Positions 39,299 to 54,400 are shown, counted from the first letter of the stretch. The stretch: DNA of 64,000 nucleotides from Paraspadella gotoi (GCA_051294375.1 CM119268.1:981218-1045217); one strand, 5' to 3'. Made by a program: numbers and translations. The notes: generated by a model not told the origin, from the sequence alone.

Positions 39299-42200
39299 CA
39301 AACCCGGGAATTTAATTGAATGCGGAAACTCTTTTTATTTTTTCCAATTTCCTGTTGAATGTTTAGTTTTTCACTGTCGCCGATGCTGTCGTCGTCCTGG
39401 TCGTTAANNNNNNNNNNGTCGTCGTCGTCTTCATTTGTATTATTGAGTTTGTCCCAATCCTCAACCCGACAGTTGTCATAATAGTGGTCGTCGTGGTTTT
39501 CGTCGTCACGATCGTCTTTCTTATAATCGGGGGACCACTGGTCAAAGGGTCCAGTGGTCATTGTTCAGTTGGAGGTTTTTTTTGTTCCTTCAAGATAGTC
39601 ATTGCCTCCATGATCGTCATTGCTCTCTTGGTAATCATTACCGTCGTTTCATTGCTTTTTCTAGTTGTAGTTTTTGGGTCATCTTTTTTGTCAACGTTGA
39701 TGGGTTAAAAATTGTCGCTACGCACTAGCGGTTTTCTATTAACTTAAATTCTGTCATTGAATTTTGAATTTCTTATCCTTGTTTTCTTAAAACTCTCTGG
39801 TGGTCGGGGAATTTTCTTCGTCGTCGTCGTCGTCGTCGTCGTCGTCTGCGACAAGGAGAGACGAAATAAAAATTTACGCCTGGATTTTTCTTTGTCAACT
39901 TTTTCTTTTTCTTTTTTTCACTTTTTTTTTTTTGCCCTTTTTGATTTTTGATCTTTTTCCTCGATCGGAATAGAAATGGGAATAAAAATAGGAATAGGAA
40001 TAAGAATAGAAAATGGAATAGAAATAGGAATTATCTTTTTCTTGTCTTTTTCCCAAACCTTCTCCTCCTACTTTTGGTCTTCGTCGTCGTTTTCGTCGTC
40101 GTCTCGTTCGTTTCTTTTTTTCCACTGAAAAAATTTAAATATTTTATTACTATTAAATATTAAAATTTATTAATATATATATTAAATATTAAAATTTAAA
40201 TATTTTATTACTATTTAGACAGTGGATTCTAGGGTGGAGTGATGAAAAGATTGAGCGATTGAACATTATTTTTTTGTTTTTTATAGACATGTAATTAACA
40301 AATTTTAAATCTTTTATAAAATTTTTTTTAAGCATAACAGTATAGTAAAACCAATTATTTATGTAATAATAACCTTGTAAAATCATTAAATTTCAAAATA
40401 TTTTTTTTTAAACAAGATTTGGTTTTGTCTTAAAAACTAAAATTTTTTTTATAAAATATGTTATATGATATTTTAATTTTTAGACCGTAAACAATGACTA
40501 AAACGTTTTAACATATAAAAGTTTCTACTAAAGAGAATAAAAAAGTCAGAAATTTATACCTTTTTTCCCCGTTTTAAATACTGAAGATGACAGAATTTTT
40601 CATAATATGTTTTATATTTTTGTTTTAACTTTTTATAAAGAATCTGAATCTTTATTAAAAAGTATTTTTAAAATTTATTATTTTACAAGAATATTACTAT
40701 AAATATATTTTATTTTACTATTGTTCCCGAGATAATATAAACAAAATATTTTTTGTACTAGTTCATCATACTATCTCACATCTAAATATCCTTGTTTTGT
40801 TCAGTCAAATTTTTTTTTTCTTGAGTGGACACATTTTATTTTTTTTTCTCTTGTTTGTTTTTAAAAATCTTAATATCTTGACAATGAGAAGGAACGCGAA
40901 TAGATATGATGACTCTGACATGTCATCAAGTGCTGTATTAATGTCCAAGCCGTTGCTCGCGTTGTCTGTCAATAAGTCGTCATCATCTTCGTCATTCCTC
41001 AATGTCAGTCTTTTTCCTTTTCACTCTTTTTGTCGTCGAAGTTGGCATCCAGACTTTTCATCGTAATCGTGGTGTCGTCGTCGTCGTTGTCGTCGTCGTC
41101 GCTTTCCATCGTCATCTCACTCTTCCCCTTTTTTCCACTTCCTCCTCCTCCTCCTCCTCTTCCTCCTCCCTCGGGATGTTGGGATTCAGATCATCTCGAA
41201 CCTTTTTTTTCCCCGACAAAACTTTTTTTTATTCCACCCCAAAAAAAAAGAGGAGGAAGAGGAAACAAAGAAAAAGAAGAAAAACAATCAACAAGAGGGA
41301 ACAAAGAGAAGAAAGGAAAGAAAAAAAAATTCGTTCTACCAATTATGTTTCTGGATCCTTTTTCTTCTCATTCGTTATCAGCTTTTCAGTTTGCCCGGTT
41401 TTCTTCGCTAGAAATTGTGGGGAAATAAGAAATTAAAAGGAAATTAANNNNNNNNNNAAATTAAAAAAAGAAAAAAATTAAAAGGAAATTAAAAAAAAGA
41501 AAAAAAAATTAAAAAAATTAAAACAAGAAAGAAATTAAAAGAAAATAAAAAAAAAGAAAAAATTAAAGAAAATTAAAAAAAGGAATTAAAAGTAAATTAA
41601 AAAAAAGAGAGAAATTAAAAGAAAATTTAAAAAAGGCGAATCGATGACTGCGTCTGGTAAACAAGAAAAAAAAGAAGAAAAAAATAAAGGAGAAGAGAGA
41701 AAAAGGGAAAAGTCTTGGCTAAAAAGAAATTAAGAAAAAAAAAAGGAAAAAGCGATTCGCGTTTGAAAAGGAAAAGGGGAAAAGGGGAAGGAAATTATCG
41801 ATCGCTTAGCGAAACGACGACGACGACGACGACGACGAAATCCACGACGATTGAATTAAATTCTAAAATTCTTCTCGTTTCTTTTTCTTATCTCATCAAA
41901 TAATCGTCGTCCGCCATTTTTTTTCAACAACAACAACAACAACAAACTCGAAACAACGACCGATCGATCGACAAAAAAAAACAAAAAAAAAACAAAACAA
42001 AAACAAGACGAGCTCGACTCTCCCTTCTCGGCGCCCAACTTCCGCCTTCCGCGCGTCACTTCCGGATTTCCGGCGCTGACGTCGACGCCGGGATCCGGCG
42101 CCGACGCCGTCGAGGACGACTTCGCGTCTCTCGTCGCCGCCGGCGTCGCCGCCTCCAAGTCTCTGCCGCAGCTGCACCGCCTTCAGTCCACGCAGTTCCT

Positions 42201-45200
42201 GCGCGACGGCGCGTTTATCGGCGGCGGCGGCGGCGGCGGCGGCGGCGGGGTGGGCGTGGCGTTCGACGCTGTCGTCGAAGGTTTTTTTTTTTTCCATTTT
42301 TCTCCTCGATCAACTTCTTATTTGCATGACCCCGTTTCTATGGCGACGGGAGGGGGGAACAATTTGGAATTTCTCTCTCTCTCTCTCTTTTGTTCGTCGG
42401 CATGTTGTGGATCGCGATGCCATTTTTTTAAACTTATATTTTTTTTTGAATGACTCGATATATATATTTATATATATATAAACTATTTATGGCGTCATAT
42501 ACTTGAAAATACGTAGCTACGTAGTTAAGGCAGACTTACATTTTTAAAAAATGAATATAAACATAATATAATATAAATGAATAAAAACATAATGGATCCA
42601 TTACGATTATTCGATTCGTTATTTGATTTTTGTTTTTGATAATTAGTTTAAATATAGATATATATATTTATATCGTCTTGTTTAATATCGCCAGCTCCCT
42701 TACAATCGTAATGTTTTGAACTCTCTTCCGATAAACTCGTTTTAGGAATAATAATAAAAATATTAATTAAAATATTAATAAAAATATTGTACTAGTTTGT
42801 TACCGCATGCTAGCGACGTAGACCGTTCTAGATTCTATACCTTGCCATGCCATCGGTTATGCTACTATGCCCTGGGCCCCGGAATAACGTCTCGTCTATC
42901 TCTCTCTCTCTCTCTCTCTCTCTGCATCACTGACCTCATTCGAAGCTTTTATTTTTGGCTCTCTTTTCCCAGAGCGGCCCCATCTCTGTTTTTGGCTCTT
43001 TTTTCCAAGAGTGCCCATTTGTGTTGCCTTCTCCTGTAATTTAATGTTAACCATATTATTTAACTTAAACATATTTTTAAATTTATAACTCAATCCCTAA
43101 CCCTTACTTTAAACCTTAATCTTTAATCCTAATCCCCAACCTTCATCTCTAATCCTAAGCCCCAACCTTCATCTCTAATCCTAATCCCCAACCTTAATCT
43201 CTAATCCTAATCCCTAATCTTAACCATTAGTTTAATCCCTAACCCTAACCTTCCATTCCGAATTTAAGATTAGGGGTGTTCTTGGAAAATAAGTCTCCAT
43301 TTTCCCCCCCCGAAATTACTTTTTTTTAAATTTCTTTATTTTCACGACCTTACCAATTGACTTCGGGTTTAACTTACCTTCATTGTTTCCTCAAGATGGC
43401 ACCGCGTCGTTTCCTTACCCGAACTACGATTGGTCGCATCAACGACGCGATAATAGACTGACCTCATATCCGCCCGTCGAACAAAAAATACAACAGCCAC
43501 CGCAACAGCCAACACAACAGCCACCGCAACAGCCACCGCAACAGCCTCTCGAGCAAAGACCTCGATTGTCACTCCCGTCGACGCCGTCCTCTCAGCAGCA
43601 GCAGCAAGAGCAACAACAACAGCTCCATCAAATAGGATTGACTTACGCCTCGTCGCCCGAGACACGAGAAACCGGTGAGTAAAAGGCGGGAACAGATTTG
43701 TGGCGTGGTTGTTCCTTTTCTCCTTTTTCCTTTTCTCCTTTTTTCCTTTTTTCCTTTTCTCCTTTTCTCCTTTTTTTCTTTTCTCCTTTTATCCTTTTTT
43801 CCTTTTCTCCTTTTTTCATTTTTTCCTTTTCTCTTTTTTTTCTCCTTTTTCCTTTTCTCCTTTTCCTTTTCTCATTTTTTCCTTTTCTCCTTTTTTCCTT
43901 TTCTCCTTTCTCCTTTTTACTTTTTTCAGTTTTCTTCTAATTTGTTCCTTTTTCTTTTCGGACTGCCGTTTTTTTTTACATCTTCGGTCTACCAAACTAT
44001 TTTTTTCCCTTTACCCTTTACTCCTTACCTTAGACTTACCTTGGCCTTAGCCACAATCTCAAAAATCTATTCACCTAGGGGTATATTAAATTATATTAAA
44101 TTATATTAAATTATATTAAATTATATTAAATTATATTAAATCATATTAAATTATATTAAATTATGTTATTAAAAATTATTTTACAAGTATAAAATAACTA
44201 ACAAGAACACACATAACAACACCCTCTAAATTTCCTCAACCCCTTCACCCACCACTCTACCACTTTAAACTCCAACCTTTATTCATATCACACCACTTAC
44301 ACCACATGCCACCCATTACTTCACCACAACAAAATCCTTCACACCCAATCCATTCTCATCCCCTATCACCCTCCCATTCTCTCACCACTCTTTCACAACA
44401 CAATATAATTATATCAAACCGTACAAAACCCATTCTCTCCCCTTTCACCCCCCATTCTCATCCCTTCCACCCTCCATTCTCTCCCCCCTTCACCCCATCA
44501 TTCTAATCCCCCCTTCCACCACCCATTATTTCCCCCTTTCCACCCCTATTATTTCCCCCTTCCACCCCTCACGCCATCTCTCCCTCTTCCACCCCCCATT
44601 ATTCCCCCCCTTCCACATCCCAGGCGCCGATCCCTTCGCGGCTCAATTTTCCTCCTTCGATTCTCCGCGGAAGAAGCGCCTCGCCGAGGAGGGTCTCCCC
44701 CGAGGGGGCTAATCACCGCCCCGCGGGGAATCACCCAATAATCACCCCCCCACCATCCGGAACAGCTCATCGATCACCATCATTTCCTTCACCGTCGCCT
44801 CGAACCCGTGATCCTCAGGTGAACGAAAAGAAAGAATAACTTCCCCCCCCTCGCACCCTTGTAGTCATTGAGCTCTATTTAAATACTTAATTTAATAATA
44901 GTTTTAAAAATGTATATAAATCATTATGATATTAGTTGTCTCGATAAATCTTTTTCTTTCTCTCTCTTTCTCTCCCGAAAAAAGGTCATAGGTGGGCCGT
45001 AAAGGGGGGAAAAAAAAAGAGAAGAGAGAGAAGAGAAGAGGGAGAGAAGAGAGAGAGAGAGAACTAATCGGCCGAAGCATTTTTCTTTTTTCCATTTCAC
45101 ATCCTTTTTTCTTTCTCTCTTCGTAGACTTTTAAATTCGTTTTTCGATTTACTCGATACAATTTCTCGCTTCCCCAACCGCCCCCCCCCCGCGTCGTCAA

Positions 45201-45874
45201 AAGTGAAAAGTTGACATAATTCGAAATTTTAACGATTTAGACTCGTAATTCTCGCCCCGTTTATTTTGTCTGTTTTTTTTTAATTCGGTTTTTTATTTAT
45301 TTTTTTTTTTTAAGTTTTTTTTTTTAGCGATCTTTTAAAGACGGTTTTTATGTGTTTGTGCCGTAACTTTAATCTAACTCATTTGTTACATTGTTTTCTT
45401 TCGATGGAAGTCGTCTTTATGATACTTACTATTGAGTAATTTAAAGTAACATTTCATACATTTTATACGTATCATCTTCTCTGGCAGGCTCACATTGGCT
45501 CGTCGCTACAACAACAACAACAACAACATCAACAGGTGAGTTTGATGTCGAGGAGAAAGATTTTTTTTCGTAAGGAGTTTCACAATCTCTCTCTCTCTCT
45601 CTCTCTTTTTTTCTCACTCTCTCTCTTCATCTCTCTATCTTCATCTCTTTTTCTCTCTTCATCTCTCTTTCTCTTTTCATCTCTCTTTCTCTCTTCTTCT
45701 TCTCTCCCCCTTCTCTCTCTATTCTTCTTTCTCTCCCTCTCTTCTTCTTTCTCTCTCTCTCTCTCTTCTTCTTTCTCTCTCTCTTCTCTCTCTCTCCTCT
45801 CTCTCTCTTCTCTCTCTCTCTCTCTCTCTCTTCCCGACTCAAACTCTTCCTCTTTTCCCCTCCTTTTCCAACAT

Positions 45875-45913
<39 letters not shown>

Positions 45914-48900
45914 CGACTCAACTCTTCCTCTTTTCCCCTCCTTTTTCCAAACGACTCCTCAGACTCTTCCTTCTCTTTTCTCTTGTCCCTTCGCCTTTTT
46001 TCGTCGTCCATTTCCCGGAAATCGTTTCCGTAGCAACCTGGGATCACGTTTCCATGGCAACTATCATTTTCGCCACGATTCACAATCACGTTCGGATCCC
46101 AATTTTGGGTCGAGTTTTTACTTTTTCGATTGGGCCACTCTTTTTTTATGATGTGTCATTTCCAAAAAAGAAAAAAATCGAATTAATAAATTAATTAATT
46201 AATTAATCCCCTCCAAAAACTAAATTTAAAACTTTCACTTCTCTACCCTAATTTTGATGGAGAATGTGTAGTGATTGAGGTGAGCCATGATTGTCCAGAC
46301 TTAAATTCCGTAACCGTTGTTGACTCGCCGATCCCATCACAACTGAGAAATCCTACTACTACCAGTTTGTCGGTTTTATGTTCGTCAATTAACAAATTGA
46401 TCATCCAATTTTTAACGGTTCCCCAGACAGCCCGTAAAAGAAAATACTATGTGACTTCATATCTGTATTTGTTTATTAAATTGGAAATGAATAGATAGTA
46501 CGGTTCTGTGCACACAGTGTGCGTTGCGCAAATAAATCTTGTTAAAATATTTTATCATAAAATATATTATTGGTCAATAATGTTCATGGAAAAAGAAATT
46601 ATTGGTGTAAAATTTGGTTAAAATGTAACCATCCGTTTGTAAGCGATGATTGTAACTACTTATAGTTGACTAAAATCCACCAACCGTTCATCAGCGGCCA
46701 TTGGTGCAGGAGGCAAGGCATTCGCCTGCCAACCCGGTGGTCGCCAAGCAGTTAAGAGGGACGGTGCGCTTAACCCGCCTGTAACACGGTATTACAGCCT
46801 GATCCAAAGCTCAGTGACTGATTATATTGAACGGTTCTGTCCCATTACAATTATTACTTTCTCTTCATACTCAAACAAAGCGTTAGAGCAGAAGAAAATC
46901 CATTTTTAAGCTGTTAAGGGTATCATAGACATAGCTTTTGAATGACTGTATGTATGTATGTATGTATATATGCATTCTTCTTTCAAAAATCTATATTTCC
47001 AATCCTAAAAATCTAAGGCTAAACAGCATCTTCGGTTTTTTGCAGATTTAAAAAAAAATATTTTCCCATTTTGTTTTTCATCACTTATCTTTCAGGTGCC
47101 AAAGCTTTTAAATGGCTGGACCGATTTTTTTTTAACTTATATATTATGATTGTTTTTTTTTAAATTTATATTTACTATTTAAATTTTTTTAAATTTAATT
47201 TAAGATTTAAAAGTGTCCTATTTTTTTGCATAGGTCTGTATTTACTAAATTATAATTATTTTTGTTTCAAAAAATAACTTGAACGAATAATCATAGGCTT
47301 ATGAGAATAAGTTCATATTTAAGCTATCTTTGATTACATAAGGATTAACATGAAAAAAGTAAAATTTGATAAAGATTGATTAATTATCATTATTTGGTAT
47401 TTAAAAAAATAATATTAAAACTTTAAAATTCGGTTAAAAAATTTTGATTAACATAATTAACAGAGTTAACAGATTAACATAATTTTTTTACTTCATTACG
47501 ATTTCGTAAAAGCATTACAAAATTGGTACAACCAATACAAAAATTATCTATTCATTTAATAAATAAGCTAATAATGATATAGCAGGTCCCTGCAAGCTTT
47601 CTATATTTTTCTTTTTTTTATTTTAAAATTTTTTTTATGGTTTGTCCAGGGAACAGTATTTTCTGTTTGCCAATTTGTTCGACGTTGCAAAAGAAACTAT
47701 TAGATTAGGACAATCGATCTTTTTATCTGCCATTTTGAATTTGGTTTTTTTTCTGTCTATATCAAAATTTCATAAATCAGAAAAAGACAAACTGGCTCTA
47801 GATCGATTCGCGCCAAGTTTATCATCCGACGAAGTATTCGTCATGGAGCCGGAGTCTTACAGCATCGGAGGCGCCGTTCCAGACAAAGGGGCACAGTGAC
47901 TTCGAAACAGGCATTAGCAGTGAGTCAATATTTAAATCTCCACAGAGGGAGATTGTGGAGTTTGCTTATGTGTGACATATAGTTTTTAAAACAAGGTAGT
48001 GGATCAAAATATTTCAAAATAGAAAAAAGTCTTCAAAATGAAAGAATACGACCAAGTCGACTGACTCTAACCGATCAAAACATCAGCTTTGCTAGTAAAC
48101 GCCCCCTTCCCTTTCTTCCTTCCTTCCTTCCTTCCCTTACTTCTTCTCTCCCTCTCTTCTTCCCTCGCTCTCTTCTTCCCTCCCTCTCCTTCCTTCACCA
48201 ACGAGGAAACTAAACAGAAACATCTTGACTGCCAAAAAATTGGGTCAGTTCCTCCTTTTGCCCTTTTAAATTTTCTCTTAACCTTCCCAATCTCCCTTTT
48301 CTTTTGCTTTATTTTTTTTGCAGTCTTTTTGGTCGTCAGTCATCCTTGTCATTTTGAAGACTTCACTTTTTTCCCACTTTGTCATTGAGCTTCTCTTTCC
48401 TTATCATTCACCCATGTCATTGAGGAGGCTTCACCTTTTTCTACTCTGTCATTGAGCTTCTCTTTTCTTATCATTCTCCTGTGTCATTGTAAAGACTTCA
48501 CATTTTTTAATTTTGTCATTAAGCTTCTCTTTTCTTGTCTTTTACCCATGTCATTGCAGAGAGTTCACCTTTTTTTCTCTTTGTTATTCACATTTGTCAT
48601 AACAGATTCATTTTTATTTTAACAGATTCATTTTCCCCTCGTCATTTGCTTTGACCGAATCTTTAATTTTTCTTCCGTGTCATTCTTGTTTTAGTCCTGG
48701 CGGGAGCTTCAAATATTATTACTTTGTCATTCATATCGTGCGGTCAACTCTTGCGTCTCCAACTGTAACTTTACACTTCTTTTTAAAAATAGACTTTATT
48801 GGTTTTACCAGTATTGATACATAATCTTACGATTTATTTTCTTTTTGTATGCCAAAACTTTTAAATAATTGCTCTCCTTAATTATCTTTCCTTTCATATC

Positions 48901-50416
48901 CTTACTTTCACTGATCTTGATCCCTGAACTTTCTCAGTTCTCTCTTTTTCTTTCTTTTTTATCTCTCTTAATGTCCTATTAAGCCTTGTTGTATTTGAGT
49001 CTCTCAGTTTTCAGTTTTCCTTTTTTGTTTTTTTTTCTTTTATCTCTGTTATTGCCTCTTTGTATTTCAGTCTTTCCCAAATATCTTTTTCTTTCTTCAG
49101 TATGTTCCTTCTTTAGCTCCCTGACCTATTTTGCCTTACCAACGTCTTTTTTTTCAATGCTCTATCTTTTTATTATTGGAATTCTTTTTTTTTAATTTCC
49201 TTCTCGTCTTTCTTTATTATTTTTTTCTTCCCTTTTCTCTCCTTTTAAACTGTTTCCCTGCTCTTTCATTTCTTTTTCTCCTTCAAACTCTCATTGACTC
49301 TGGGTTCCCCAAGAAAAAAAAGATTCCAAAGCCTCTTGACCATCGACCCCAAAACCCATTTGCATATTGGAGAAAAATATCGGACGAAAGCTAGGTTTTT
49401 TTCCTTCAGTGTCTGTCATTTACATTGGGTAAAAATTAAGTTTAATTAAATTCCCTTAAAATAAAAAAAAATTATTGAAGAATCTTATTAAGCTTTCGGT
49501 TTAAACTCTGATTTTTAACTGTCAGATTTATTTTTTCAATGACAAGATGTCATTTTTCTAGCACATGACCAAGTAAAAAAAAAACGGAATTCAGTTCGGT
49601 TAGAATTTATTATTTTTTAAATTTTTTTTATCATTTTCTTTGCTTTTCTTTTCATCCCCTTAAAAAAATCTAAAAAAAGATCTGAGTAAAAAGATCACGT
49701 TTTCCTCTTCGGCTCTTTGACCTTTTTTTTCTTATATTCAATTATCTTCTCGTTTTATTTTTCATCTTTTCCCGAGAGAGAGAGAGAGAGATAAAAAAAA
49801 ATTGATCTATATTTCTTTCATTTTACGATTAAATGTTGTGTGTTATTCAACATTATTGTTTGTAAAATTTCGGGATTTTTTCGATCGTCGAAAATTTTTG
49901 GGTAAATTTTTTCTTCTTTCTGATTCGAGTCGAACACTTTTATAAACATTTATTAATTTTATAAAATTTAAAACAAAATAAACCTGCCTCGTATTTGAAA
50001 TAACAACCTTCCTTCCTCGCACCTTCGTCCAACGGGATCGCTGTTTTAAAACCTTCGGCCAACGGGATCGCTGTTTTAAAACGAGATTAAAAAATTATAA
50101 AACTAAAATATCCCCAATTCCTCTTTTTCACGAAAACTTGAAAATCCTAAAAGTCGAACGAATTCGTGAACAAAACTGCTCCTCCTGTTCGGATTCACCG
50201 TCCAGCGCCTCGGGTCGTTTTGTGAAAGAAATTGTGAGAAGGAAGGGAAGAACGAGTGAACGCCAAGACTCACAACAACTTTTTCCACATGAGATTTTGA
50301 GTGAAATATTTTTTTGTCCTGTTTTTCGTAGATTCTGTTTTGTTTTTGGTTTCCAACTCTGCCGTCGGGGAGGGACGAAAAGAGGAGACCGATGAAAAAT
50401 TCTATATCTCTCTCTT

Positions 50417-50468
<52 letters not shown>

Positions 50469-50548
50469 GCAAACGGGGCCCACTTCCGATTTTTTGACTC
50501 CGTCTCAAACTTGCGCTTGTTTTTCCCCGCCGCCCTTTTCATGTTTTG

Positions 50549-50608
<60 letters not shown>

Positions 50609-51236
50609 CTCCCTAAAGGCGTGGGCAAAGTGTTTGAAAATTTTAACTGCATCGTTTTGCAAAAATATCACGTTCGAGTAAACAACAAGTTTCTGTAGTT
50701 TACTTTTTAACTTTTTGAATTTTGACCAGAAAAAAAATGTATAAAAAAACTTTAAAAAATAACACTTTTATAAAATAAATAAAAGATTGTTTTATTTTGT
50801 TCATTAAAAAGATATCTCGCTGGAACGTTGCCTAATATCATTTAGATTCGAGCATAAACTTTGGAATCGTTTGTTTAAACTAAAATTATATAGTTAATAG
50901 ATAGTAAGATTCCGTTTGGTCTCAAATTTATTTATTTCTTTTAATTGATTTCAATTCATCGGCGGAAAAATAAAAAAAAAAAGAATAAAAATGTGTAAAA
51001 TAAATTAACAACTTAAACTTTCAGATTATTTCCGCTTCTTCCTCCGCCGCGTCGCTTCCATCGTCCGCTTCTTCCCTATCTTTATCTTCACAACAACAAC
51101 AACAACAGCTGCATCAACATCAACCCCGTCAACAGTCGGCCAACTTTCGCCCTTCTTTGCCGCTCGGTCAAGGTGATAAATGTCCGTCTGTCCAGATAAG
51201 AAACGAGTTGTCAGTTTTCGAGGGATGAAGACACAA

Positions 51237-51273
<37 letters not shown>

Positions 51274-51434
51274 TTTTTTACTTCAGATATGGGAAAATAA
51301 TGCGTTTATTACTTAAGATATAAAAAGATAAAAAAAAACTCCCTCTTTAGTCGAGAAACCCATCTGTTTTAAAACTCTTTTATGAGCTGCTATTTTGTTT
51401 TAGTACCTTAGGAACACTTTCTTCGAGACTGTTT

Positions 51435-51469
<35 letters not shown>

Positions 51470-54400
51470 ATAAAAATTCTAGCCTCCTTGGCGAGGGGTG
51501 AAAAAAAATCTCTACTAATGTACTTTTTATTCTTTCTCTTGATATCTATTATTTTTTGCGAGAAGCTTAGAACAAAACCGCTTTATTTCCCTATGTATAT
51601 TATTACATACATATATGATTTATATTCTCTATCGAAAATCAAAAAAAAATAGAGAGAGAGAGAGAGAGGGAAAAAAAAAGATAAAAAGAAGTACAAACCT
51701 ATTTCCCTTATATAAAATACATGTATATTTATTTTAGCGAATCATCAATATAAAAAAAGAGAAAGAAACAGAGAAAAAGAGAGAAAGAGAGATAGAGAGA
51801 GAGAGAATCAGAGAGAGAGAGAAAAGAAAGAAAAAAGGGGGGGTATGAGTTATCAGTTATCACTCGTTCCCGAGATCGCGCCCTTTTCGCCCTGCGGTTA
51901 AAACAGGGCGAAGTGAGAGAGTTGAAGGAGCGAGTTGGTTGTGAGACGAGGTGGTTGTGAGACGGAAAGTGAGCAGAGGGGGGGGGGTGATAGAATGATG
52001 ATGACGATGATGATGATGACTACGTGATTCGAGAGTCCTTTTACGGTCGAGAAAAGATAAAAAGTATAATTCTCACATTTGACCTTTTTGCGACGAACCT
52101 GACTGAAAAAATATTGTGACCATTTGAAACCCCCCCCGCCATAAAAATTTAACCATACGAAAACGCGTCTACGATTTTAATATTTTGAAAATAGATACAT
52201 GAAGAAAAAACATATTTTTTATATATAAATTCCCTGATAGTTAATTATAATATTTATACACTTTATCTACTTCTTTCAAATGGTCTCCCTTTCTCTGTCT
52301 CTATCTCTCTCTCACTCTCTCTATCTTTATACACTTTAGCTACATCTCTTTCTTCTTCCGCCTTGCTATTTATTTTTACCCCCAACCCACCACCTCACCC
52401 CCACCTAACCCCCCCAACCCCTATACACTAAGGCGTAGTAAAATTTCTAAATTTAACTTTAATTAAAATTCTAACAGTGAGGAACGAACAAAATTATACT
52501 AATGAACATTTCTGTATAAAAAATGTTATTATAAATTTCTCAATTTACGCATTAGTACTAATCTAATAAATGTTAAAATTTCAAAAGTTTTTTCTAAGAT
52601 ATTTTTGCAGATTTGGATTCGTCATAAAAAGTTTATAAAAAGAGATATAATTCTTTTTAAAAAATTATTTCATTAAGTGGGTCAAAAATCAGAAAAAACA
52701 TATTTTAATCTGAAAATTAACTTTTTATATATTAAATATAGTTTTTCTAATTTTTAACGATGAAAATGAGATGAATTTTTAAAAATGAGTTATATTTTCT
52801 TTTATCAACTTTTGACGAGTAATTTAAATCTGCAATCAAAATTAATAAAAGCCGATTTTATAAGGATAGTACTATATATAAATAAGCCTAATGCGAAAAT
52901 TATAAAAAAAAACATAAAATTAATTTTTTTTTACAAATTAATGTTCACTGATGGTATGTTGTTCATAATTGACTTTTAGAATTTTCGTACGTAACTTTCA
53001 CTACTCTCTACTGTACACTTCCACAACCTAGCCAAACTCTTTTCATCTCAGTTTCTCTTTAATTGACTCAGTCTCTGTCTCTCTCTCTAACTCTATTATT
53101 CTCACTTTCTCCCTCCCAGTCAACGGGATCCCCTATCCCTTATCTCCTTCCCATTCGAACAATTCGCTCTGCGGGAGTCAGACCCTGCTGCTCCCGTCCA
53201 CGTCCCACTCCCAGCAGCAATCTCAACAGCCGCCGCTTCTACAGCAATCTCAACAGCCGCCGCTCCTACAGCAACAGCATCGCCATCTGGGTTCGATCTT
53301 CGCTCAGCGGGTCCCCGAGTACAGGTAGGTGCATCGAGGGCGAAGGATTTAGATTTAAACGATTAAATGGTTAAATTAAATTAAATTAAATTGTTAAATT
53401 GTTTTTCTGGTCACGTGATCGATTTAAAACCGATTCATCCCTGTCAGTTGTTGAAGAAATCTGCTGTACTATAGTTCCCGTGTTACTTTGAAAAAATATT
53501 AAGTTTCTTTTTAAAAATCGGCTTTTGGTTACACGCACACACTCACGCACACACACACGAATAAAAAAAACCCGAGAAGTTCACTTGTTAGACGAGTTCA
53601 TCCAATTAAATAAATAATGAGGATCGGAAAAAAACGCCATTGCGATTCATATAAAGAGCGTTTTATATAATATTCTAATATTAATATATTTAATTCAAAG
53701 TTACGCTGAGATGAATTATATAATTATTAGAGAATCTTTAAATAATTCAAATCAAAAATATATTTCAGATTTATTGATAATTGTACAATTCTGAAGAACA
53801 TTCTGAAAAAAAAAATGTATACTACAAATCCTTAAAATTCGGATTTGTTATAGTGTTTTTTTTTTAAATAATATTCATGAAAAATAATCTTGGCCGCGTC
53901 TTAAAATGTCAAATTTGTTCGTTTAGGCTGACGCCTGATTACGAATCGGTCCAACGGCATCGCCATCTGTACAACCTTTCGTCTTCGAGGTTAGCGGTGG
54001 ATGTGAGGGCGACGGCGGCGGTGTTAGAGAGAGAGAGAGAGAGANNNNNNNNNNGTGTAGTACGGACAGAATTAAATTAAATTACCTGCTCTTTCTTTTT
54101 TCTTTTCGAGGCCAAGGAACTGAGTTTCGCCCTTTTTCTCTCTTCTCGCTATAGTTCATTCGATATTAAAAAAAACAAATTCGCTCTAATTGCCGCTTTT
54201 AACTCGTACATTAAAACAAAAGAAATTTTCATCGATAGTAATGTTATAATTGTTTAAATTTCTGTTCCACAAAATTAAAAAAAAAAACACTATCCATCCC
54301 GGTGTAAGTATGTGGATATATGAAAAATTGCAATATTACTCGTTTTACTATATTAGACTTTACAATTTTATATTCAAATTTTAAAAATAAATGTAAAAAT

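Noticed and set aside
43090-43250. CCCTAA-like repeats as an interstitial telomere
   Set aside because: Highly degenerate and embedded in a dispersed repeat (family C).
46690-46820. tRNA-like 5' sequence (GGCCATTGGTGCAGGAGG...)
   Set aside because: No B box or acceptor stem; at most a decayed SINE fragment.
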